This document shows, in pieces, positions 8,450 through 17,600 of a DNA stretch of 32,000 nucleotides (its first letter is position 1; each line of letters opens with the position of its first letter). Source of the stretch: Schaalia meyeri. GTDB lineage: Bacteria > Actinomycetota > Actinomycetes > Actinomycetales > Actinomycetaceae. The stretch spans positions 60,001 to 92,000 of the forward strand of contig NZ_FNLK01000010.1 of NCBI RefSeq assembly GCF_900105015.1. Reading direction: 5' to 3'. A program made the translations under genes and the position numbers. Below the pieces are notes generated by a model. That model made no database searches. It had not been told where the DNA came from and worked only from the letters and a program-made list of their open reading frames with translations.

Positions 8450-9373
8450 ATGACATCGACCCCGCCACCCACACGACGTCGAACCGGCCCCGACCGCGGG
8501 CGCCGCCGCGAGACACCGGCGACCAAGCCCGTGCCCGCCGTCGTCGACACGGTGACCGTCACCCTGCTGGCTGCATTGACCATGACGGCCTGGTGGTTGC
8601 CAGGCTCTCGGTGGAGCGTGGGGCCCGTCATCGCTGTCGCCTCGCTCTTGCTGGCGGTCGGCTGGCCGACCCTGGCACGCCTGCACATGCCCTGGCTCGC
8701 CCAGGCTGTCCTGGCTGCGGGGGGTGCGCTCACACCGATGGCCGTGGCCTACTGGAAGAACCTCGACATCGCGGTTCCCCTGACGGGCATCACGCTGGTC
8801 GCCCTGGTCGCGGCGACGATCCTCGACGCGCCCGCGCCCCGCGACCACTCCATCGGGCACACGAGCGAGCACTGGGGATCGACCGCCCTGAGTGCGGCGC
8901 TCGCCTCGTCGGTGACCGCCCTCCTCATCGTCACGGCCGGATCCATGTGGGTATCCCTGACCGTCCACGAGCGCTGGTCCGTCATCGTGCCCATGGCCGC
9001 CCTGGTCGCCATTGTCGCGGCTGCGTCGGTTCGCGTCGGACGCAGCTCCAGCGCCGTCATCGTTCTGTCCATGGTCACGGGGCTTTGCGCGGGATTGCTG
9101 GCCGCGGCGATCGCGTGGGTCATGGGACAGACCTCAGACCTGCTGCCCGTCGTCTTCCCGTTCATCGCGAAGCGATTCGGCGAGTTCGCCGCGTTCCTCA
9201 CGCTGGGCGGTGTCACCGGATTCGGCGTCGGTTTCGCCGTGTCCGTCGTGGACACGCTGCTGGGTGGGCGGGCTGCCTCCGCACAGCTGGCGAGCGTGCT
9301 GGGGCGAGGGGCCGCCAAGTTCCTGGTCGCCGCGCTGCCCGTGTACGCGATGATCCGTATCGGCGGCATCTGA
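8450..9373 (+). CDS. Polytopic membrane protein of unknown function
   Basis: Arg/Pro-rich N-terminus followed by about 8 hydrophobic segments. The start was chosen at ATG 8450 (GGAAGAG just upstream). The track start at 8369 would include repeat-derived sequence. Confidence 0.55.
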   Translation: MTSTPPPTRRRTGPDRGRRRETPATKPVPAVVDTVTVTLLAALTMTAWWLPGSRWSVGPVIAVASLLLAVGWPTLARLHMPWLAQAVLAAGGALTPMAVAYWKNLDIAVPLTGITLVALVAATILDAPAPRDHSIGHTSEHWGSTALSAALASSVTALLIVTAGSMWVSLTVHERWSVIVPMAALVAIVAAASVRVGRSSSAVIVLSMVTGLCAGLLAAAIAWVMGQTSDLLPVVFPFIAKRFGEFAAFLTLGGVTGFGVGFAVSVVDTLLGGRAASAQLASVLGRGAAKFLVAALPVYAMIRIGGI

Positions 9374-9457
9374 CCGGCCCCGGGATCGCCCCGTCGGCTT
9401 GCCCCCACGCGGCCTGTGGCCTCGGCCAGCGCGGGCACGAGGGGCTAGGCTGGAGGC

Positions 9458-10122
9458 ATGATGGTGATACCCGCTGACCTGCCCGCACTCGTCGCTCCCG
9501 TTGCGTGGATGCTTGGAACGTGGGAGGGGTGGGGCATGCGTGCTGGCTGCGGCGAGTCCGGCGAGGCATGCCAGTCCGGCGAGGACGCTCCCGTGATCGA
9601 GGAGATCCGCGGGGATGTTGTGGGCGAACAGATGCGCCTGGTGACCCGCGTGTACGCCGGTGTCTCCTCGGCGCCGATCGACCCGACGTGGGACGCGGCC
9701 CATGGGCTCTCCGTGATCGCCAAGGGCGACCTGGTGAGCGAGGAAACCCTGTACGTGTCGGTCGCCCCCTCTGACGCTCCGCTGCCGCCCCCGGCCAGTA
9801 CAACCCGCGCGAGTTTACCGCGACGTCGGCATCTACCGAGGGGCACGCCGCCGTATGGGACGGCGTGAGCGTGGGTCCGCGCGTGCAGATGGTCTCCGAC
9901 GCGATCGCGCTGGGGGCGAGCGCGGCGCGCGTCAATCACCTGGGCCGGATGTTCGGCCTGGTGGCGGGCGAGCTCATGTGGACGCAGGAACGCTCACTCG
10001 ATGGCGAGGATCAGGCGAACGTGGAGATTTCTGGTCGCCTGATGCGTACCGCGCAGGCCTCCACGGAATCGGGTGAGGCCATTGAGGGCATCGACGATTC
10101 TCAAGGGGGTTTTCTTGTCTGA
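9458..10122 (+). pseudogene. Nitrobindin / FABP-like (DUF1794) beta-barrel protein, split by a frameshift
   Basis: ORF1 (9458-9868) starts with the family-typical LP.L..L.WMLGTWEGWG. The C-terminal strands (VNHLGRMFGLVAGELMWTQE...ISGRLMR) lie in ORF2 (frame open from 9775 to 10122). The frames switch around a C5 run at 9788-9792. Confidence 0.5.
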
Positions 10123-11281
10123 GGAACGCCGCGGGTCCGACCTTGTGGACCAGGCCTCGGCCTCCTTCGGCGAGGCCCCTCACTATGGGGATCCGTCGGG
10201 TGAGCAGTGGGCGCTGGAGGGTGGGCGTGCCATCGTGGAGCGCCCGGACCTGGCCGTCATTGACGTGGGCGGCGCGGATCGGTTGACGTGGCTGACGTCG
10301 CTGTCGTCGCAGGTATTGACGGGGCTGGAGGCGGGGGATAGCCGCGAGCTGTTGATCCTGTCGCCCAACGGGCACATCGAGCATTGGGCGGGCGCCAGCG
10401 ACGACGGCCAGAGAGCACACCTGATCGTGGAGCGCGCCGATACCGAGTCGTTCGTGGAGTTCTTGGAGTCCATGCGTTTTGCGCTGCGCGTGAGCGTGGG
10501 CGTGCGCGATGTGTCCGTGTTTTCCTCCGTGCGCGCGGGAGCTAACACCGCCGAGGCCGTGGCTGGGCTGCCCGGCGTCGAATGGACGTGGGAGGATCCG
10601 TGGCCGGGCGTCGTCAAGGGTGGGGCCGCGTACTTTATGGGCGCGCGTCACCCCGGCGCGCGCACCCCGATGATGTTTCACGTCGTTTCACGCGACCGTG
10701 CGACCGAGTTCGAGGCCGCGTGGTTGGCCGTGACCGAGGGCGGCAGCCGACGCCGCGCCGGGAGTTTGGCGTGGGAGGCGATGCGCGTTGCCGCGTGGAA
10801 GCCGCGCCTGGGGCGCGAGGTGGACGCCCGCACGATCCCGCCCGAGGTGGATTGGCTGCGTAGCGCCGTCCACACGGCAAAGGGCTGCTATCGCGGGCAG
10901 GAGACCATCGCCCGCGTCATCAACCTCGGTCGTCCGCCGCGCCGCCTCACCTACCTGCAGCTGGATGGGTCGCGCGCCGACCTGCCCGCGCCGGGCACGC
11001 CCATAGAGCTGGGGGGCCGTCAGGTCGGTGTCGTCACGTCGGCGGCGCGCCACGCGGACGAAGGGCCGGTCGCGCTGGCGCTCATCGCCCGCGCGGTGCC
11101 CGTGACGACGGTCTTTGACATCGATGGGGTTGCCGCCGCGCAGGAAGAGATCGTGCCCCCGCACGGCAAGTCCTCTATTTCTCCGCAGACCCGCCCCGGC
11201 CGGGGCCTCTCCCGCGAGGCCGGCCAGCGCGGCGGGGCAGGCGGATTCGGGGGGCTCGGATCGGCCTTGGGGGCACGCTGA
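10073..11281 (+). CDS. ygfZ: Folate-binding YgfZ / GcvT-family protein
   Basis: Contains the KGCYRGQETIARV signature. The start is uncertain (GTG 10073, TTG 10115 or GTG 10145), and the first option overlaps the previous gene. TGA 11279-11281 overlaps the ATG of dtd. Confidence 0.8.
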   Translation: MRPLRASTILKGVFLSEERRGSDLVDQASASFGEAPHYGDPSGEQWALEGGRAIVERPDLAVIDVGGADRLTWLTSLSSQVLTGLEAGDSRELLILSPNGHIEHWAGASDDGQRAHLIVERADTESFVEFLESMRFALRVSVGVRDVSVFSSVRAGANTAEAVAGLPGVEWTWEDPWPGVVKGGAAYFMGARHPGARTPMMFHVVSRDRATEFEAAWLAVTEGGSRRRAGSLAWEAMRVAAWKPRLGREVDARTIPPEVDWLRSAVHTAKGCYRGQETIARVINLGRPPRRLTYLQLDGSRADLPAPGTPIELGGRQVGVVTSAARHADEGPVALALIARAVPVTTVFDIDGVAAAQEEIVPPHGKSSISPQTRPGRGLSREAGQRGGAGGFGGLGSALGAR

Positions 11282-11766
11282 TGCGCGCCGTCATCCAGTG
11301 TGCCACCTCCGGTGAGGTGCGGGTCGGCGGCCGCCTCGTCGGTCGGCTCGCACTCGGCGATGCGGCGGGCCCTCGGGCCGCCGACCCTGAGGCGGAACGC
11401 GGCGCGGTGGCGCGCCAGGGCCTGGTCGTCCTGCTGGGCGTTGCCCGAGGGGACGGGCCCGAGCAGGTGGCCACGGTGGCCCGCAAGATCGCCGAACTGC
11501 GCATCCTTGACGGGGAGGCGTCCGCCATGGAAGTCGGCGCCCCGATCCTTCTCATCTCCCAATTCACCCTGTACGGGGATACGCGCAAGGGCCGGCGCCC
11601 CTCGTGGGCGCATGCCGCACCCGGGGACGAGGCCGAACCCCTGGTCGATGCGGTCGTCGAGGATCTGCGCTCGCGGGGCCTGCACGTCGAGACCGGCCAG
11701 TTTGGCGCGATGATGGAGGTCCACCTGGTCAACGACGGCCCATTCACGGTCCTGGTGGAGGCCTGA
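11281..11766 (+). CDS. dtd: D-aminoacyl-tRNA deacylase
   Basis: Motifs SQFTLYGD, KGRRPSW and GQFGAMMEVHLVNDGPFT. The start overlaps the ygfZ stop (TGATG). Confidence 0.9.
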   Translation: MRAVIQCATSGEVRVGGRLVGRLALGDAAGPRAADPEAERGAVARQGLVVLLGVARGDGPEQVATVARKIAELRILDGEASAMEVGAPILLISQFTLYGDTRKGRRPSWAHAAPGDEAEPLVDAVVEDLRSRGLHVETGQFGAMMEVHLVNDGPFTVLVEA

Positions 11767-11953
11767 GGGTCGGGGGCGACGCGCCCGCCCTGGCCCCGAC
11801 CGGGTTAGTCGGGGCGCATCGGGGCAGAGTTCCCCTGCGCCCAGGGCGAAAGCGCGCGCACGCGACGGGTGGGCCTCGTAGGCTGGTAACCAGTCAACTG
11901 GGACGGGTGTACGTCGAGCGCGGCGGGACTTCGCCCCTGAAATGAGGAGAGGC

Positions 11954-14422
11954 ATGTTCGAACGCTTTACCGACCGCGCCCGCCGGGTCGTCGTGCTCGC
12001 ACAGGACGAGGCGCGCGGTCTCAAGCACAACTACATCGGCACGGAGCACCTGCTGCTCGGCCTGATCTCCGAGGGGGAGGGGGTTGCCGCCAAGGCCCTG
12101 GAGGCGATGGAGATCAAGGGCGAGGCCGTGCGCGCCTCGGTCATCGAGATCATCGGCGAGGGCGAGAAACCGGTCGAGGGGCACATTCCGTTCACCCCGC
12201 GCGCCAAGCGTGTCTTTGAGCTGAGCCTGCGCGAGGCCCTGCAGCTGGGCCACAACTACATCGGCACGGAGCACCTGCTGCTCGGCCTGCTCAAAGAGGG
12301 CGAGGGCGTGGCCGCTCAGGTCCTGACCAAGCAGGGAGCCGACCTGGCGCAGGTGCGCCAGACCGTCATCCAGATGCTGTCCGGCTATCAGCGCGGCGAG
12401 GAGGAGGGGCGCGAGTCCGTGGGTGCCGGCGTGGGGGGCAGCGGCGGCCCGGAGCGTTCGAACTCGGCGATCCTGGAGCAGTTCGGCCGCAACCTGACGC
12501 AGGCCGCGCGGGAGAATAAGCTCGATCCTGTGATCGGTCGTCGCACCGAGATGGAGCGCGTCATGCAGGTCCTGTCGCGCCGCACGAAGAACAACCCGGT
12601 GCTGATCGGCGAGCCGGGCGTCGGTAAGACCGCCGTCGTTGAGGGCCTGGCCCAGTCGATTGTGGCGGGCGACGTGCCCGAGACGATCAAGGGTCGTCAG
12701 ATTTACAGCCTCGACATGGGTTCTCTGGTGGCGGGTTCGCGCTACCGCGGCGATTTCGAGGAGCGCCTGAAGAAAGTCCTGAAGGAGATTCGCACGCGCG
12801 GCGACATCATCTTGTTCATTGACGAGATCCACACCCTCGTGGGTGCCGGTGCCGCGGAGGGGTCGATTGATGCCGCCCAGATGCTCAAGCCGATGCTGGC
12901 GCGCGGCGAGCTGCAGACGATCGGCGCGACCACGAACGACGAGTACCGCAAGTACATCGAGAAGGACGCGGCGCTGGAGCGGCGTTTCCAGCCGGTGAAG
13001 GTCGAGGAGCCCAGCGTCGACGAGACGATGGAGATCCTCAAGGGATTGCGCGACCGCTACGAGGCCCACCACCGCGTCATTATCACGGATGCCGCGATCC
13101 AGGCGGCCGCCGAGCTGGCGGATCGTTATGTTTCGGATCGTTTCTTGCCGGACAAGGCGATTGACCTGGTTGACGAGGCCGGGGCGCGTCTGCGCATCCG
13201 TCGCATGACCGCTCCGCCGGAGCTGCGCGAGCTGGACGAGAAGATCGCCGAGGTTCGCCGCAACAAGGAATCGGCGATCGACGATCAGGATTTTGAGAAG
13301 GCCGCCTCCCTGCGTGATGAGGAGTCGAAGCTGGCCGAGGAGCGCAAGTCGAAGGAAGAGGCCTGGAAAGGCGGGGCGTCCGACGAGATCGCGGAAGTGG
13401 GGGATCAGGAGATCGCCGAGGTCCTGGCCATGTCGACAGGTATTCCGGTCGTTCGCCTGACCCAGACGGAGACCACGAAGCTGCTCAAGATGGAGGAGGA
13501 GCTGCATAAGCGCGTCATCGGACAGGACGAGGCGGTCAAGGCGCTGGCCCAGTCGATCCGCCGCACGCGCAGCGGATTGAAGGATCCGAACCGTCCGGGC
13601 GGTTCGTTCATCTTCGCCGGCCCGACGGGCGTGGGCAAGACGGAGCTGGCGAAGGCCCTGGCGGAGTTCCTGTTCGGGGACGAGGATGCGCTGGTCCAGC
13701 TGGATATGTCGGAGTTTTCTGAGAAGCACACGGCCTCGCGCCTCTTCGGCGCCCCTCCCGGCTACGTCGGTTACGACGAGGGCGGGCAGCTCACGGAGAA
13801 GGTGCGTCGCAAGCCTTTCTCGGTCGTCCTTTTCGACGAGGTTGAGAAAGCCCACCCGGACATCTTCAATTCTTTGCTGCAGATTCTGGAGGAAGGCCGC
13901 CTGACGGACTCGCAGGGCCGCAAGGTGGACTTTAAGAACACCGTCATCATCATGACGACGAACCTGGGTACACGCGACATCAATAAGGGTGTTTTGACGG
14001 GCTTCCAGTCGGCGGATCACCAGACGCACGACTACGCGCGGATGAAGTCGAAGGTGTCGGAGGAACTCAAGCAGCACTTCCGCCCGGAGTTCCTGAACCG
14101 CGTCGACGACACGATCGTGTTCCCGCCGCTGACCAAGCTGGAGATCGCCCGCATCGTCGATCTGATGATCGCGAAGCTGGCGAAGCGCATGGAGGCACAG
14201 GATATGCGCCTGCAGTTGACGGATGAGGCGCGCGAGCTCCTGGCCGACGTGGGTTTCGATCCGGTCCTGGGGGCGCGTCCGTTGCGTCGCGCGATTCAGC
14301 GAGAGATCGAGGACGCGCTGAGCGAACGTATCCTGTTCGGAGAGCTACAACCCGGTCAGGTTGTCACTGTTGGCGTGCAGACGAAGGGCGACGAGCGCAC
14401 GTTCACCTTTAACGGAGAGTGA
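11954..14422 (+). CDS. clpC: ATP-dependent Clp protease ATP-binding subunit ClpC
   Basis: Canonical [14 protein letters not shown]-terminus with GAGGAG upstream of ATG 11954. It has duplicated Clp_N repeats ([12 protein letters not shown] twice) and two AAA+ modules ([16 protein letters not shown]). Confidence 0.95.
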   Translation: MFERFTDRARRVVVLAQDEARGLKHNYIGTEHLLLGLISEGEGVAAKALEAMEIKGEAVRASVIEIIGEGEKPVEGHIPFTPRAKRVFELSLREALQLGHNYIGTEHLLLGLLKEGEGVAAQVLTKQGADLAQVRQTVIQMLSGYQRGEEEGRESVGAGVGGSGGPERSNSAILEQFGRNLTQAARENKLDPVIGRRTEMERVMQVLSRRTKNNPVLIGEPGVGKTAVVEGLAQSIVAGDVPETIKGRQIYSLDMGSLVAGSRYRGDFEERLKKVLKEIRTRGDIILFIDEIHTLVGAGAAEGSIDAAQMLKPMLARGELQTIGATTNDEYRKYIEKDAALERRFQPVKVEEPSVDETMEILKGLRDRYEAHHRVIITDAAIQAAAELADRYVSDRFLPDKAIDLVDEAGARLRIRRMTAPPELRELDEKIAEVRRNKESAIDDQDFEKAASLRDEESKLAEERKSKEEAWKGGASDEIAEVGDQEIAEVLAMSTGIPVVRLTQTETTKLLKMEEELHKRVIGQDEAVKALAQSIRRTRSGLKDPNRPGGSFIFAGPTGVGKTELAKALAEFLFGDEDALVQLDMSEFSEKHTASRLFGAPPGYVGYDEGGQLTEKVRRKPFSVVLFDEVEKAHPDIFNSLLQILEEGRLTDSQGRKVDFKNTVIIMTTNLGTRDINKGVLTGFQSADHQTHDYARMKSKVSEELKQHFRPEFLNRVDDTIVFPPLTKLEIARIVDLMIAKLAKRMEAQDMRLQLTDEARELLADVGFDPVLGARPLRRAIQREIEDALSERILFGELQPGQVVTVGVQTKGDERTFTFNGE

Positions 14423-14485
14423 TCTATTCGCCAGTTGTGTGAGGTTGACAAGCTTTCAATATTTGCGGAACGACCCGTCGATCTG

Positions 14486-14494
14486 TGATAGAGT
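14486..14494 (+). promoter_or_regulatory. Candidate extended -10 promoter (TGA-TAGAGT) for the large-protein/MoxR cluster
   Basis: TGnTAGAGT lies in the A/T-rich 186-bp gap after clpC, about 115 nt upstream of ATG 14609. Confidence 0.35.
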
Positions 14495-14608
14495 ACCCTC
14501 TGATTGTTAGGTAACTATTTGTCTGATAGGTTCTAATTAACTATTGATCCTGGGTAAACTCGTGCCACACTATACCTAGGGCAATGCTCATCAATCGAGA
14601 GAGGGTCT

Positions 14609-17600
14609 ATGACCGCGCGAGCGCGACGAAACGTGACTAGCCTGAGGCGACGCCTGCCGTCGGCCATTCTCATGCTGATCGTCGGGGCGCTCTGTATTGC
14701 GGGCATCATCTACAAGGGCGCCGAGGTGACCCAGGTGAACGTCAACGACGGCGGAATCTGGGTGACAAACAAGTCCAAGCAGATGGTCGGCCACCTCGAC
14801 TACGAGGCCCGTATCCTCGACGGCGCGCTGCGCACCGAGGCGACCAACTTCGACGTCGGACAGGCCGCCGAAACCGTCACGGTGTCCGACCTGAGCGCAC
14901 TCACCGTTTCCCCGGTCAACGTGACGCAGGTGGCCCTGGGATCCCCGACCGTTTTGCCCCCCGGCGCCAGCGTGATGCAGGGCGGCGACGTCCTGGGCGT
15001 CCTGAACGCGGCCGACGGCACCCTGTGGACGACCTCTGCGGCTTCCCCCAGCTCGAATAACCTCTCCGACGGGGCGGCCCTGGCCTCGAACATGGGGGCC
15101 AGCGCCTTCGTGACCGGCACGGATGGTACCGTGTACTCCCTGTCCGCCTCCGGCACGCTCACGACCGTGAAGCACCAGGGGTCGATCGACGAAACGAAGA
15201 CCAGCCAGGTGAGCGGCATCCCCGAGGACGCGCGGCTCACCATGACGGCCGTCGGCGACCAGGTTGTCGCCCTAGATACCGCCTCCAACACCCTCTTCCT
15301 GCCCGGGAACAAGACGCTGGATCTGAGCGCGGTCGGCGTCGAGTCGGGTGGCGTCCTACAGCAGGCCGGCCCAAAGGATAATTCCGTCCTGCTGGCCACC
15401 GCCTCGTCCCTGGTGGAGATCCCCCTGCGGGGCGGGAACCCCGTGATCACCCCCGCGGCCGAGGGAGCCCCCAGCGGCCACCCCGCAGCCCCCGTGCGTC
15501 ACGAGGGCTGCGCCTACAGCGCGTGGAGCGGATCGGGCGCGTACATACGGTCGTGCGACGACCCCTCCGCCAACAGGCAAATGATCGTCGATACGCTCAC
15601 GACGGCTCAGGAGCTGGTTTTTAGGACCAACCGCAAGGCCATCGTCCTCAACGACGTCGCGCAGGGCAGCGTGTGGCTGCCCGACTCCAACATGGTGCTC
15701 ATGGACAACTGGGACGAGGTCGAGAACCAGCTCGAAGAGAGCGAGGAAGAGCAGGACAGCCCCGAGCTGACCAACGAGGTCGCGGACCCTGAGCAGCGCG
15801 AAGAAAACACGCCCCCCGAGGCCGTGGATGACGACTTCGGCATCCGCCCCGGTCGCTCAACCGTCCTGCCCGTCCTGGATAACGACTCCGACCTGGATGG
15901 AGACGTGCTCACCGCATCCCCGACCTCCCAGCCCGGTTGGGGCTCGGTCGTGGTGGCGCGCAGCGGGCGTGCCCTGCAGATAGAGAACGTATCGGCCAGC
16001 CAGACAGGTTCCACGTCGTTTAGCTACGAGGCATCCGACGGGCAGGCATCCGCCTCCGCGCGCGTCCAGGTCACGATCCACCCCTACGGGCAAAACGAGG
16101 CGCCCGTCCAGCTGCGGTCCTCCACCGTCAAGATCGGCGCCGGCGCGCAGATCCAGTACCAGGCGCTCAGCGACTGGCGCGACCCGGACGGGGATCCCAT
16201 CTACCTGAAGGATGTCCAAGCCCCCGGCGGATTGAACGTGTCGTTCATCGAGGACGGCACGTTGACGATCACCGAGGAAGGCAGCGCGGTCGGCCCGAAG
16301 ACCGTCGTCCTGACCGTCGCTGACGACCAGGGCGGCGAGGCGCACGGCGAACTCGTCGTCAACGTGCAGGAGGCCGGTAACCTGCCGCCTTCGGCCAACG
16401 GAGACCTTTTCCAGGCGCACCCGGGCGAGACCGTCACCCTGGACCCGCTGAAGAACGACACGGACCCCAACGGCGATCCGCTCTCCCTCGCGGCTGTGTC
16501 GGGCACCCCGGCGGGCGTGACCGTCACTCCCGACCTGGATCGGGGAACCATTGATTTTCGGGCGCAGCAGCCCGGGTCCTACTCCTTCGCGTACACGGTT
16601 TCCGACGGTCTCGCGACGACGCTGGGGATCATCCGCGTCGAAGTCGTGGCCTTCTCCGCGTTGCCCCCCGTCGCCGAAAACGACACGGCCGTCCTGCCGC
16701 AGGGCGGGTCCGTGCTGGTCAATCCGCTGGGTAACGACTATGACCCTGCCGGCGGCATACTCTCCGTCACGTCGGTCGACACCTCGAGGGCGCCAGGTAT
16801 CCAGGTCGCCCTCATCGAACGCCACCTGCTGCGCGTGACGGCCCACGCCGGTCTGTCCGAGACGGTGACCTTCTCCTACACGGTGTCTAACGGGCAGGCG
16901 AGTGCCACCGCCGAGGTGACGGTCATCCCCGGTGCGCCCGACCGTTCCGACATGCCACCCATCCTCAAGCCGGACCGCGCCAAGGTGCGCGTCGGCGACA
17001 TCGGCACCGTGTCCGTGCTGTCGAATGACCGTTCCCCGGCCGGGTTGAACCTACAGGTCGAGTCGACCCTCCAATACGACCAGGCTTCTCCCGTGGGAAC
17101 CCCCTTCGTGACGGGCAACCAGGTGCGCCTCGAGGCTGGAACGACTCCCGGGATCCTAGAGGTCATCTACACGGTCATCGATTCCGCGGGCAACCGCGCG
17201 TCCAGCACGGTCACTTTCGAGGTCATCCCCGACTCCGAGAACAACGAGGCGCCGCGCCCGCGCACCCTCAACGCCTGGACCAGCGCCGGACAGAACGTGC
17301 GTATTCCCGTCACCCTGAACGGCATTGACCCGGACGGGGATTCCGTCACCCTGGTGGGTGTGGATTCTTCGCCCACGCAGGGGGTGGCGACCGCCTCCAC
17401 CACGTGGATCGATTACACGCCGAACCGCGGCGCGGTGGGTACCGACACCTTTACCTACACGGTCGAGGACCGCAGGGGCGCCCGCGCTTCGGCGCGCGTG
17501 CGTGTCGCGATATCCCCCGCCCCTTCGTCCAATCAGAACCCCGTGGCCGTCCCGGACACGGTGCAGGCCCGGCCTGATCGTGTGCTCACCATCAACGTGC

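Noticed and set aside
7941-8450. 169-aa plus-strand ORF in the purA-membrane protein gap
   Set aside because: It is Arg/Gly/Pro-rich with no RBS. The two 30-nt repeat copies fall in different frames, so the repeat is not protein-coding.
11767-11953. Searched the clpC upstream region for a ClgR-type operator (CGC-N5-GCG flanked by A/T) and a dtd terminator
   Set aside because: Only GC-rich CGCG runs and an 8-bp stem with an 18-nt loop (11768-11801) are present. Nothing matches the operator consensus well enough to call.
11894-14077. 727-aa minus-strand ORF antisense to clpC
   Set aside because: Shadow ORF opposite a textbook ClpC. The composition is Leu/Arg/Ala-rich and low in complexity.
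14445-14450. Perfect TTGACA -35 hexamer after clpC
   Set aside because: There is no TAnnnT-type -10 at 16-19 nt spacing. The nearest candidates are 6-9 nt away. The extended -10 at 14486-14494 is the better promoter guess.
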